DNA of 64,000 nt from an uncultured Nitrososphaerota archaeon (GTDB lineage Archaea; Thermoproteota; Nitrososphaeria; Nitrososphaerales; Gagatemarchaeaceae): contig CAVRAG010000008.1 in NCBI GenBank assembly GCA_963718895.1, positions 96,001 to 160,000 of the forward strand, in the 5' to 3' direction. Each line of letters begins with the position of its first letter. Within the stretch, counting starts at the first letter, position 1. The notes under the pieces were generated by a model. It searched no databases and was not told the DNA's origin. It saw nothing but the letters and a program-made list of their open reading frames with translations. Position numbers and translations under genes: made by a program. Below are positions 19,645 to 28,964 of this stretch, piece after piece.

Positions 19645-20299
19645 CTGTCTGGTTCTGAAGCCGACCTCCAAGCCAGAAGGAGGACTCTGCTTGTGCTGGA
19701 GGACATGGCGAGAAGGAACACCGACGCCTGCAGGGTTCTCAACGAGGAGTTCCAGGCTCTGCTTAGCAACGACAAGGCGGGCATAAAGGCCTCGATGGAG
19801 AAGATCAAGAAGGCCGAGGAGGATGTGGTAGCGCTCAGGCGGATGCTCATAAGGGAGCTCGCCCAGGTCGGGACGCTCCTGCTGAACAAGGAAGACCTCC
19901 TCAGGCTCGCGTTCCTGATCGAGGCGATAGTAGGCTACCTCAACGGTACGGCCTTCAAGGTCTCGCACCTCAGGCGGCCGATAGTGAGGATGAAGAAGTA
20001 CAGGGAGCCGCTCACCGAGCTCTTCAACCTCCTGATAGAAGAGGTCTCCAAGCAGAACGAGTGCGTACGCGCCCTCTCCATGAACCCGGACCAGGCGATA
20101 GAGACGGCTGGGGCAGATCCAGAAGATCGAGAGCGAGATCGACGCGAAGCAGAGGGACCTGATGAATGAGGTCCTGAGGTCGATGAACGGTTACCGCGAC
20201 CTGATCGCCATGAAGGACGTGATCCAGTCCATCGAGGACGCCTCCGACGCCGCCCTCCACGCGGCGGACTCGACCACCATAGTGGCGCTGGGCGTCTAG
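19645..20299 (+). CDS. DUF47/PhoU-like protein; frameshift near 20110; start uncertain
   Basis: Two helical repeats (IKKAEEDVVALRR; IQKIESEID...IEDASD); the second frame ends IVALGV-stop at 20299. Confidence 0.75.
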
Positions 20300-20315
20300 G
20301 GCCGAGGCGAGGGGC

Positions 20316-20873
20316 TTGGCCGGCAAGATTCCCACGGGACGGCTGTTCGAGAACAGGATCGTCGTATGGGACATAGACTCGTCCCGCCGGCTCTTCAAGG
20401 AGGCCTACTACGGCAAGCCTCTCGGGATACCGAAGCCCAAGGACTTCGAGTTCGACGCACCGCTCATCCTCGACCTCATGGAAGGATACTACCTGGTCAA
20501 GAAGAAGAAGCTCAAGGTCGAGGACCGGGAGGGCAAGAACATCCCGGTGGAGAAGCTCGAAGAGGTGTGCGCGAGCTCGTACTCGGACTTCGCCGAGAAG
20601 TACCGCGTCTACAGCCTGCTCAAGGACGCCGGGTACATAGTGGCGCCCGGGATAAAGTTCGGGACCGACTTTGCTGTCTACGAGCATGGGCCGGGCATCG
20701 ACCACGCGCCCTTCATCGTGCAGGTGGAGAAGGCAGGGAACGAGATAAACGCCATGGACATGGTCAGGTCGGGAAGACTGGCTACCACGGTCAGGAAGCA
20801 GTTCATCATCGCGGTCGTGAGCGGGAGCAGGGAGAAGGTCGAGTTCCTAGCCTTCGACTGGTGGCGGGCCTGA
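20316..20873 (+). CDS. endA: tRNA-intron lyase (splicing endonuclease catalytic subunit)
   Basis: GIKFGTDFAVY..GPGIDHA; R.GRLATTVRK (Tyr, His, Lys triad). Confidence 0.93.
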   Translation: MAGKIPTGRLFENRIVVWDIDSSRRLFKEAYYGKPLGIPKPKDFEFDAPLILDLMEGYYLVKKKKLKVEDREGKNIPVEKLEEVCASSYSDFAEKYRVYSLLKDAGYIVAPGIKFGTDFAVYEHGPGIDHAPFIVQVEKAGNEINAMDMVRSGRLATTVRKQFIIAVVSGSREKVEFLAFDWWRA

Positions 20874-20933
20874 CCGGGCCGGCCTAGGGAAGCCCACTCA
20901 CGTTATAAAGCGACCGCGCGAGGGCGGCCCTTG

Positions 20934-21701
20934 ATGGAGACGATAAAGGAGGACTCCTTCATCCTGGTCTACCGCGACAGGAGGAAGAAGTGGCTCGTGA
21001 GGCCTGTCGACACCCCCAAACTACACACCCACCTGGGGATCCTCGACTGCACCGCCCTTGTGGGACAGCCCTTCGGCATCGTCGCCAGGACGACCATGAA
21101 CGACTCGGTCTACGTCCTGAAGCCGACGCTGGAGGACATCGTCATGAAGTTCGCGAGGAGGACCCAGGTGATCTATCCGAAGGACCTTGCGATGATAGTC
21201 ATGCACTGCGGGATCCACTCGGGGAGCAGGGTCTTCGAGGCGGGGACGGGAAGCGGGGCGGCGACGGCCACCTTCGCGTACATGGTCGCCCCCGAGGGCC
21301 ACGTCTACAGCTATGACATGAACGCCGAGTTCCAGGAGGTCGCCAGGAAGAACCTGGAGAAGTTCGGGCTCATGGCCTCGGTCACGCTCAGGGGAAAGGA
21401 CGCCAAGGAAGGCATCGAGGAGGAGGGGTTGGACGCCGCGCTGGTCGACATGGGCGACCCGTGGGAGCTCGTCGCCAACGTGAAGAAAGCGCTCGCGCCG
21501 TCAGGGATGATGGCGGCGATCTGTCCCACGATGAACCAGGCCGAGAAGCTCACCGAGAGGATGAAGGAGGAGGGGTTCGCCACCGTCGAGACGATAGAGG
21601 TGCTGGTGCGCAACCTGGAAGCCAGGGTCGGCATGACCCGCCCTTCCCAGTTCATGGTCGCCCACACGTGCTACGTCACGTTCGGAAGGAAGACGACCTG
21701 A
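20934..21701 (+). CDS. trmI: tRNA (adenine-N1)-methyltransferase TrmI
   Basis: TQVIYPKD, EAGTGSG, DMGDPW and TRP....AHT.Y motifs. Confidence 0.93.
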   Translation: METIKEDSFILVYRDRRKKWLVRPVDTPKLHTHLGILDCTALVGQPFGIVARTTMNDSVYVLKPTLEDIVMKFARRTQVIYPKDLAMIVMHCGIHSGSRVFEAGTGSGAATATFAYMVAPEGHVYSYDMNAEFQEVARKNLEKFGLMASVTLRGKDAKEGIEEEGLDAALVDMGDPWELVANVKKALAPSGMMAAICPTMNQAEKLTERMKEEGFATVETIEVLVRNLEARVGMTRPSQFMVAHTCYVTFGRKTT

Positions 21702-21799
21702 TCTGAAGAGCGCCCGCGAAACCCGTCGTCGAAGAACACTGTTAAAGACGGCATTAACGGCGTGAATGATAAATATCACATAGGTTTTGGCCGGCGCAT

Positions 21800-21897
21800 G
21801 GGAGCCCGGCTCAAACCCCGGCGGCGTGGTGAAGGCCCCATCGAGAGGCCTGCGATCGCCGCCCCGCTGCAGTGGTCGCCGGTCAGGGGAGGCTCCC
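21800..21897 (+). promoter_or_regulatory. Highly base-paired putative 5' leader of the NRAMP-like gene (candidate cis-regulatory RNA)
   Basis: Nested complements GGGAGCC/GGCTCCC, CGGC/GCCG, GGCGGCG/CGCCGCC and AGGCC/GGCCT lie between a TATA-like GATAAATA (~21768) and ATG 21917. Confidence 0.4.
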
Positions 21898-21916
21898 CGG
21901 CGCGGTGCATCCACAG

Positions 21917-23074
21917 ATGACCAGCAGGCTCCGGGAATTCAGCCGTTCCTTCGGGCCCGCTTGGATAGTAATGATCGCCGACGTCGACGCCCCGAGCATC
22001 CTCACAGCGGCTACCGTCGGGGCAACCTACGGATACGGACTGATCTGGTTCTTCCTGCTGCTCACCATCCCCCTCTTCCTGATTCAGGAGGCGAGCGGAA
22101 GGATAGGAATCGCCACGGGCAAGGGCCTCGGCGAGGTCATCCGCACGTCCTACTCCAGGAGAATAGCAGTCTTGGCAGGCGTGCCGATGGCCACGGTGGA
22201 TGTCGTGAGCTACGTCGCCGAGTACACGGGAATCGCAGTCGGGATGGGGCTGGTCGGCGTCCCGCCGATCGTCTCGATGCCCGCGGCCTACGTCGCCCAC
22301 ATCGCGATAATCAGGAGGAGAAAATCGGTGCCGATCGAGAAGGTTCTGATCGCGATCTCCACCGTCCTAATCATCTCGTACGCCGGCTCGCTCCTGGCGA
22401 GAGGGGTCTCTCCCTCGAGCATACTATACTTCAGCGCCCAGCCGGGCTACCTCTTCCTGGTGGCCGCGAGCGCGGGGGCCGTCGTCATGCCGTTCATGCT
22501 GTTCTACCAGGCCTCGGCGACAGCGGAGAAGGGGGGCGTACGCCTGTGGGCGATGCGGACGGAGACTCTGGTCGGAGCGCTGGCGAGCGAGATAGGCATG
22601 GTGGTGATCGTCATGGCGACGGCGGGGATGAACTCCTCGGTCAACTTCGCAGACCCGAAGAATCTGGCGCTCGCCCTCTCCTCAATCGCCGGTGGGTACG
22701 CCCCCTACCTGTTCGCGGTTGGGCTGGTGGCAGCGGCCTTCCTGGCGCTGGTGGTAATATCTCTCGCCAGCTCCTGGGCGGTGGTGGAGGCCATGGGATG
22801 GCAGGACAGCAGGTTCTTCTGGGTCTACGTCGCCGAGTCCCTCCCCGCGGTCGCGATACCCATCTTCTACCCCGACCCGCTGGCACTCGTGCTGAACCTG
22901 ATGGTGGTCTTCGTCTTCATCCTCGTGGGTCCCGGGATTCTGATGGGCAAGCTGACCTCTGACAGGAGGATAATGGGAAAGTACGTCTCGAGCTCGCGGT
23001 GGAAGGTAGCGTACTGGCTAAGTCTCGCGGCGATACTGATGTTCGGGCTCGTCGCCCTTGCAGCCGCGCTGTAG
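21917..23074 (+). CDS. NRAMP-family divalent metal transporter (NRAMP-related, non-DPGN type)
   Basis: GPAWIVMIADVDAPS, QEASGRIGIATGKGLGE and GAVVMPFMLFYQ motifs; about 11 TM helices. Confidence 0.88.
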   Translation: MTSRLREFSRSFGPAWIVMIADVDAPSILTAATVGATYGYGLIWFFLLLTIPLFLIQEASGRIGIATGKGLGEVIRTSYSRRIAVLAGVPMATVDVVSYVAEYTGIAVGMGLVGVPPIVSMPAAYVAHIAIIRRRKSVPIEKVLIAISTVLIISYAGSLLARGVSPSSILYFSAQPGYLFLVAASAGAVVMPFMLFYQASATAEKGGVRLWAMRTETLVGALASEIGMVVIVMATAGMNSSVNFADPKNLALALSSIAGGYAPYLFAVGLVAAAFLALVVISLASSWAVVEAMGWQDSRFFWVYVAESLPAVAIPIFYPDPLALVLNLMVVFVFILVGPGILMGKLTSDRRIMGKYVSSSRWKVAYWLSLAAILMFGLVALAAAL

Positions 23075-23173
23075 TCCTGCTCGAAGGCCCCACGGACCCG
23101 GAGCGCCTTGCAACGGCCCTTGCTCCTCTTCAGTAAGAGTTTTAATCCGTCTTCGAGAGCCGTGGCCCATTCG

Positions 23174-23782
23174 ATGAAGACCACCGACAGCAGGGAGGAC
23201 ATACCTTTCCTTCTCTTCCTTGTCCCGTTCGCGCTCCCGGGCGTGTACGCGATCTACCTCTGGGCTCAGGCGGGACTGTCCGCGACGCTCCCGCAGACTG
23301 TCTTCCTCCAGGTCACGGAGAACCCCTACGTCTTCCTCATCGGGTTCGCCGCCGTGATTTTCGGGGCGATAATGGATGTGCTCTACGCCGAGCCGGCCCT
23401 GAGGAGGGCCAAGGTACTCGAAGAGAGCGCCACAATCCAGAAGATTGCGCTGATCGCACTGGTCCTGGGCGCGCTCTCGGCCTGGTACGCCGCGGGCTTC
23501 GACCCGGGCACGGCAGCCTCAAACGTCCTGGCAGGTCGATACGTGGTGGTCTTCCCGGCGCTCCTGGTCGTGTTCAGCTTCGTCATGCTTCCCGCCGTGA
23601 GCATAAGGAAGGACCAGACGAACAACGTCCTGATCGCGGTCCTTCTTCTTGCGGTCCCCCTGGCGATCGACGAGGTGGGCAAGCGCTCGTTCTTCGGGGG
23701 GATGGGGATCGGGATAGTTCTGCTGGTCGCGGCGATCTACCTGTACCTCAGGAATCAGACGCCCAAGAAGCAGACCCCCTAG
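23174..23782 (+). CDS. Hypothetical multi-pass membrane protein
   Basis: About six hydrophobic segments; host-like codon usage. Confidence 0.65.
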   Translation: MKTTDSREDIPFLLFLVPFALPGVYAIYLWAQAGLSATLPQTVFLQVTENPYVFLIGFAAVIFGAIMDVLYAEPALRRAKVLEESATIQKIALIALVLGALSAWYAAGFDPGTAASNVLAGRYVVVFPALLVVFSFVMLPAVSIRKDQTNNVLIAVLLLAVPLAIDEVGKRSFFGGMGIGIVLLVAAIYLYLRNQTPKKQTP

Positions 23783-24346
23783 CCGTCGGCAGATTCCCTG
23801 ACGAGGGCGCCAAGCTTCCGGAAGTCCTCCTTCACGACCTCCTTCAGCGCCGGATTGTAGATCACCGAGGCTGGATGGTACGTCGGGAAGAAGGTCACCG
23901 CTCCCCTTCTCACGGGGGCGCCGTGGGCGCGGCCAAGGGAGAGCTCAGGGAAGAACTCCCTCAGGGCGGTGTCACCAAGGAGCACAACGAACCGGGGCGA
24001 GATCGCCTCTAGTCTGTCGCCGGAGGTAGGGGTGGCACGAGTCCAGCTCTACCCTGGCGGGACGACGGTTCTCGGGCGGACGGCACTTCACGGCGTTCGT
24101 GATGAAGACGTCCCCACGCGAGAGCCCTGCCTCGGAGAGCAGGCCGTCGAGGTTCTGCCCTGCGGCCCCCACGAAGGGACGGCCCTGCTCATCCTCGTTT
24201 CGGCCCGGGCCCTCCCCCACAACTACCACCCGGGCCCCGGCGGGGCCTTCACCGGGGACGGCGTTCGTGCGCGACGAATGGAGTGGGCACTTGACGCAGA
24301 CCCTTATCTCCGCGGCGAGCTCTTCGACGGTGGTAGCCGGAGACAT
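23779..24346 (-). CDS. udg: Family 4 uracil-DNA glycosylase; frameshift near 24013
   Basis: C..C.L...R..AVPGEG, GEGPG..ED..GRPFVG.AG, KCRPPENR and TYHPA motifs. Confidence 0.9.
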
Positions 24347-24349
24347 GGT

Positions 24350-25183
24350 TCAGAGTAGCTCTTCCTTTGACTTCGGGTACGAGCCCAGGACCTTCAGGAA
24401 GATTGTCTTCGTCGCTATCTCGGCGAAGACCTTCGAGACGTCCCTGTCCTTGTGGTGCCCCTCGAAGTCCAGGAAGAGGTAGTACTCCCAGGGGCGCTGC
24501 CTCGTGGGGCGCGACTCTATCTTGGTAAGGTTAATCTGGGCGCGGGCGAAGACCTCGAGCACGTTGTAGAGCGAGCCGGGCGTGTTGGGCACCGAGAAGA
24601 TGAGCGAGGTCTTGCTGTCCCGGGTCCTCTTTCCCTCGCTCTTCGATATCACAAGGAACCTCGTGAAGTTGCGCCCGTAGTCCTCTATCCCCCTCTTGAG
24701 GACCTTCAGGCCGTAGATCTCGGCCGCCCTCTCGCTGGCGATGGCGGCAGCGCCGGCGAGTCTCTCGTCCTTGATCATCTTGACGCTGCCGGCCGTGTCG
24801 TAGGCGACCCTTGGCTCGGCCCGGAGCGCCGCTACGAAGTTCCTGCACTGTGCGAGAGCCTGCGGGTGGGAGTAGATGACCTTGATCTCGGAGAGCTTCG
24901 CCGACGGGAGCGCGATGAGGCAGTGCACCACCCTGACAGCGACCTCCCCGACTACCTTCACGCTGGAGGTGAGAAGCATATCGTAGGTCTCTGATACGCT
25001 GCCCTCTATCGAGTTCTCGACCGGGACCACCCCCGTGTCGATGCTCCCCACCTCAGTGAGGTTGAAGACCTCCCGGATCGACCTCGTCGGTACAGTCTCG
25101 ACAGAAGGGCCGAAGTGCTTGAAGACGGCCTGTTCGCTGAACGCGCCGTGCTCGCCCTGAAAACCGATTTTCAACTTCTTCAA
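24350..25183 (-). CDS. pheA: Prephenate dehydratase
   Basis: VPVENSIEGSV, SHPQALAQC, NFTRF and the ACT-domain LTKIESRP. Confidence 0.95.
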   Translation of the reverse strand: MKKLKIGFQGEHGAFSEQAVFKHFGPSVETVPTRSIREVFNLTEVGSIDTGVVPVENSIEGSVSETYDMLLTSSVKVVGEVAVRVVHCLIALPSAKLSEIKVIYSHPQALAQCRNFVAALRAEPRVAYDTAGSVKMIKDERLAGAAAIASERAAEIYGLKVLKRGIEDYGRNFTRFLVISKSEGKRTRDSKTSLIFSVPNTPGSLYNVLEVFARAQINLTKIESRPTRQRPWEYYLFLDFEGHHKDRDVSKVFAEIATKTIFLKVLGSYPKSKEELL

Positions 25184-25293
25184 GTGCTGCGGCCAGAAGC
25201 TCAGCCGTCCGCCGTTATCACCTTTCCGAGGAGACGCGGGCCACGGTCGGGACCGGGCGAAAGGGAATTAGGGGAGGGGCAATCGACCGGGCC

Positions 25294-27255
25294 ATGGGTC
25301 GGCGGATCAATCCGGAAGACCTCGGGGCTTACGCGGAACTCTCGAGCCCCAGCATCTCGCCCCGCAGCGGCGCGATGGCGATCTCGGTAAAGCAGGCTGA
25401 CATCGAAGGGGACACCTACAGGTCGGACATCTGGCTGGTCCCGTCCGCGGGCAAAGCCCGGAAGTTCACGAACACCGGGAAGGACGGCGGACCGCTCTGG
25501 TCGCCGGACGGAAGGACCATCCTCTTCTCCTCCAAGAGGGGTCTCGCAAAGGACGAGAAGGGGACTGAGCTCTACACCATAGCCGCCGACGGGGGCGAGG
25601 CCCGGCTAGTCGCCAAACGAAAGGAGGGCATAGAGCACTATGAATGGGGGGCGAACTCGAAGACCGTCTATTTCCTCTCCCCCGTGGTAGAGGAGGAGAA
25701 GAGCGACGTCAGAGTGGTCAAGAGACTGGAGGTCTGGTCCAACGGGAGGGGGTTCGTCTACAACCTCCGCAGGCACGTCTTCAGGACCGATGGATCGGGC
25801 AGCCCGGTCCAGGTCACCTCCGGCGAGTTCGACGTGACCGGCTTCGCGCTCTCTCACAGCGGCAAGAAGTTCGCCTACGCCTCTCGCACCAACGAACTGA
25901 GGCCGTTCATCGAGGACATCTTCGTCAGGGACCTCCCGTCGGGCCGGACGGTCAAGGTCACTCACGGGAACCTGGGGTTAGAATCTCTCGCGTGGAGCCC
26001 CGACGACAGCCTCATCGCGTTCTCGGGAAGCGCCTTCCCTAGAGGCTTCGCATCGCACCACAGACTGTGGACCGTGGGGGCCGACGGGAAGTCGAGACCG
26101 CGGAAGATCGACAAAACCGACAGGAACAAGGCAAACACGCTGAACAGCGACGTGCGAGCCGCAGGGCACGGTCCGGCCGGCCTCGTCTGGGATGGCCCGT
26201 GGATCTACCACCTCCAGCAGGATGGAGGCAGCGCGCACCTTCACCGGACGGATGTCAAGGGGAGGACCGAGCTGGTCCTCGGAGGTGAGAGGAGCATCGA
26301 GGGGGTCGACGTGAGCAAAGGGAGGATCGTCTTCGTCGCCATGGACGGAGCGAACCCCGAGGAGCTCTACCTGAAGGACGGGGCCGAGACCTCGCTCACT
26401 TCGTTCAACAGAATGGTCCGCTCCCGGCTCGCGAGCATCGAGCCCAAGGCATTCTCTTTCAGAGCGAGCGACGGGGTAAAGATCGAGGGATGGATCCTCG
26501 TCCCGGAGGGGGCGGGCAAGCACCCGGCGATCCTCTACGTGCACGGAGGGCCGAAGACGGCCTTCGGCCACGCCTACTCTCACGAGCTGCAGACCTTCGC
26601 TTCCGCAGGATACGCCGTCGTCTTCCTCAACCCCAGGGGCAGCGACGGGTACTCCGAGAAGTTCGCGGACATCAGGGGCGGCTACGGGACGAGGGATTTC
26701 AAGGACCTCATGGAGGGCCTCGACCACGCCATCGGCTCCTTCGCAATCGACGAGAAGAGGGTCGCGATAGCCGGCGGTTCGTACGGGGGGTTCATGACCA
26801 ACTGGGCGCTCGGTCACACGGACCGGTTCAGGGCAGGGGTGACCGACCGTTCCATAGCCAGCTGGTTCAGCATGTTCGGATGCTCGGACATCGGGATATG
26901 GTTCGCCAAGGACCAGACCGCAGCGGACCCGTGGGCGGACGAGGAGAAGCTGATGGCAGCCTCCCCGATCAGGTACGCCAAGGAGATCAGGGCGCCTCTG
27001 CTCATTGTCCACTCCTTCGAGGACTATCGCTGCCCATGGCCGGACGGGCTACAGCTCTTCACCGCCCTCAGGTACATGGGAAGACATCCGGAGATGATCC
27101 TGTTCCCGGGAGAGAACCACGACCTCTCGAGGACGGGAGGCCCGAAGCACCGCGTCGAGAGGCTGAACCACTACATCAGGTGGTTCGACAAGCATCTGAA
27201 GCCGCACGGCAAGGCCTCCGGACGGGCTCCTGCTAGACGGGGAAGACGCCAGTGA
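25294..27255 (+). CDS. S9 family peptidase (acylaminoacyl/dipeptidyl aminopeptidase)
   Basis: Beta-propeller WSPDG repeats; HGGP; GGSYGG nucleophile; D-YRCP; ENHDLSR. Confidence 0.93.
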   Translation: MGRRINPEDLGAYAELSSPSISPRSGAMAISVKQADIEGDTYRSDIWLVPSAGKARKFTNTGKDGGPLWSPDGRTILFSSKRGLAKDEKGTELYTIAADGGEARLVAKRKEGIEHYEWGANSKTVYFLSPVVEEEKSDVRVVKRLEVWSNGRGFVYNLRRHVFRTDGSGSPVQVTSGEFDVTGFALSHSGKKFAYASRTNELRPFIEDIFVRDLPSGRTVKVTHGNLGLESLAWSPDDSLIAFSGSAFPRGFASHHRLWTVGADGKSRPRKIDKTDRNKANTLNSDVRAAGHGPAGLVWDGPWIYHLQQDGGSAHLHRTDVKGRTELVLGGERSIEGVDVSKGRIVFVAMDGANPEELYLKDGAETSLTSFNRMVRSRLASIEPKAFSFRASDGVKIEGWILVPEGAGKHPAILYVHGGPKTAFGHAYSHELQTFASAGYAVVFLNPRGSDGYSEKFADIRGGYGTRDFKDLMEGLDHAIGSFAIDEKRVAIAGGSYGGFMTNWALGHTDRFRAGVTDRSIASWFSMFGCSDIGIWFAKDQTAADPWADEEKLMAASPIRYAKEIRAPLLIVHSFEDYRCPWPDGLQLFTALRYMGRHPEMILFPGENHDLSRTGGPKHRVERLNHYIRWFDKHLKPHGKASGRAPARRGRRQ

Positions 27256-27264
27256 AGGTCACCC

Positions 27265-27849
27265 ATGTCCTCTGATCTGGGAACAGCATTCTTGGGTTCG
27301 GCTTATCTCGTCCTGACGGTCTTTGTGGTCGTCGAGCGCCTGCTCAGGAAGACGTCCGACGCCAGGTCACTGCGCAGGGGGACCTCTGACCGCGGGACCA
27401 CCTCGCTCGTCGGCCTCGCGTTCGGGACGGGCATCATCCTCCCTCTGATCCTGGACTTCCTTTCCATCGGAGTCTTCCCCATAACTCTCGTGGAAGGATC
27501 GGTAGCTCTCGCAGCCATGATCCTTGGTCTAGGGCTTCGAGTATGGGCGGCGCGCACACTCGGCGCGTACTACACGAGGACGCTGCAGACGAGCGAGGGG
27601 CAAAAGGTGGTGGAGGACGGCCCCTACAAGGCGGTCCGACATCCGGGCTACCTCGGCGGCATCATCCTGTGGTCCGGCTTTGGCGTTCTCTCGGGCAACG
27701 CGATCGCCGCCCTTCTATTCCCTCCCTTGTTCATCCTGGCCTATCTCTACAGGATCAGCTTCGAAGAGAAGATGCTCGTGAAGCAGCTTGGACAGGGCTA
27801 TCTCGATTACCAGAAGAGATCCAAGAGACTAGTACCCGGCGTCTACTAA
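27265..27849 (+). CDS. Isoprenylcysteine carboxyl methyltransferase family membrane protein
   Basis: GPY..VRHPGYLG; RI..EEKML...G..Y..Y. Confidence 0.88.
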   Translation: MSSDLGTAFLGSAYLVLTVFVVVERLLRKTSDARSLRRGTSDRGTTSLVGLAFGTGIILPLILDFLSIGVFPITLVEGSVALAAMILGLGLRVWAARTLGAYYTRTLQTSEGQKVVEDGPYKAVRHPGYLGGIILWSGFGVLSGNAIAALLFPPLFILAYLYRISFEEKMLVKQLGQGYLDYQKRSKRLVPGVY

Positions 27850-27850
27850 T

Positions 27851-27883
27851 CGCTCGGTGCCCCGCCGCGGAGGGTACCGAGCG
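27851..27883 (+). terminator. GC-rich hairpin just after the methyltransferase stop codon
   Basis: CGCTCGGTGCCC ... GGGTACCGAGCG inverted repeat. Confidence 0.45.
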
Positions 27884-27891
27884 CCACAGAC

Positions 27892-27911
27892 TATGTTCAT
27901 AATTCGTATAA
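27892..27911 (+). repeat. attL: core TATGTTCAT (27892-27900) plus inner arm AATTCGTATAA
   Basis: Core identical to 35205-35213; CATAATTCGTATAA is the exact reverse complement of TTATACGAATTATG at the right end. Confidence 0.85.
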
Positions 27912-28012
27912 GATACGTCTACGTTTACGCTACTAGGCGTTTGAATTACGCCAGTGATGTTCTGCGTCGAATAGGCCTCCATCTGCCCGATGCCTTGTGT
28001 TCCGGTGGTCAT
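27892..28012 (-). CDS. Putative N-terminal fragment (intN) of the split integrase
   Basis: ATG at 28012 with TTTATTA box 31 nt upstream; across the reconstructed attP it joins the ORF starting at 35190 in frame. Confidence 0.6.
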
Positions 28013-28178
28013 GTCTGACAGGAGTATGAACGTTGGCGGGGCTAATAAATTTCAAATCATTGATTCCGATAGCCGCCGGGGTAACGATAGCGAAGCGATT
28101 GTAGGTGGCCCGATAGTAGTAGATTTTAGACCTGTGGCCGCGCTCTATAGCGTAGCGCTCATCGCCCCGACTTGACGG

Positions 28179-28278
28179 GGCGGCGGCCACTGTGCGGTTA
28201 GACAGCCTTAGCTGATAGGGCCGCCGAAATGGAATGATAGGCGGAGCGGAAGCGGAGCCGGTAGTAGGCGGCGAAGTG
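28179..28278 (+). repeat. ~100-bp repeat, copy 1
   Basis: Hand alignment to 28823-28921: 20 mismatches and 1 gap over 100 columns. Confidence 0.85.
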
Positions 28279-28410
28279 GTTGGGCCTTACCAGTGTCTCT
28301 CTGATGTATCTGGTATGTGTTCTTGTAATCGCGATAGAGGTATTGAGTGCGGTAGGCCATGTGTCCCGCCTCGTTTGAAGGTTGATTCCGGTCGGAGAAA
28401 CTACTGAGAT

Positions 28411-28773
28411 TTACTCTATTATTCTCGGTGGTTCGTATTTTCCCCTTGTCAAGCGCTCGATATGACGGTTTACGCGGAGCGAGATGTACGCTATGACTGC
28501 CAAGAAAGGTAAATAGAGAACGAAGGCGGCAATGCTGGAGTAAATCCAGATGGTCTGCGTGTTGTAGATGATGGTGTATCCGGTATTGAGTCCGGAGACA
28601 TAGTTCGCGGTCAATATGAAAATGAGAAACGACGAGAAGAGACCAGCGGTGGCAATACCCATCATCGTTTTTCTAAGGCCGTCGATTTTCGCTAAAACAG
28701 CTTGAATCTTGGCGTATTCCTGCGCGGTCAGTGGGTGGTCTGGAACGGCGGCGGGAGGCGGTCCTTGGCTCAA
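28411..28773 (-). CDS. Orphan two-TM membrane protein (element cargo)
   Basis: Two hydrophobic helices; TTAAATA box about 30 nt upstream on the minus strand. Confidence 0.65.
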   Translation of the reverse strand: MSQGPPPAAVPDHPLTAQEYAKIQAVLAKIDGLRKTMMGIATAGLFSSFLIFILTANYVSGLNTGYTIIYNTQTIWIYSSIAAFVLYLPFLAVIAYISLRVNRHIERLTRGKYEPPRIIE

Positions 28774-28822
28774 GGGTTAACGATTCTGGAGGCCCTGGTT
28801 CCATATTTAACTCTGGTTTATC

Positions 28823-28921
28823 GGCGTCAGCGACTGTGTGGTTGGACAGTCTTAGCAGATAGTGCTGCCGGTTTGAACGGTAGGCAGTGCGGGAGCGGAG
28901 CCGGTGATAGGCGGCGTAGTG
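28823..28921 (+). repeat. ~100-bp repeat, copy 2
   Basis: Aligns with copy 1; contains stems GACTGT/ACAGTC and CTGCC/GGCAG. Confidence 0.85.
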
Positions 28922-28964
28922 AGCGGTCGTCAGACGCGTTTCCGTAATCCGTTGTTTCGTGGCG

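Noticed and set aside
21800-21830. tRNA-like T-arm CCGGCTCAAACCCCGG as a tRNA gene
   Set aside because: No D-arm, anticodon arm or acceptor stem could be built, and the loop deviates from TTCRAAT; kept only as part of the leader candidate
28179-28921. The 100-bp repeats as a CRISPR array
   Set aside because: Only two clear copies, too long and too diverged, about 545 bp apart, and no cas genes
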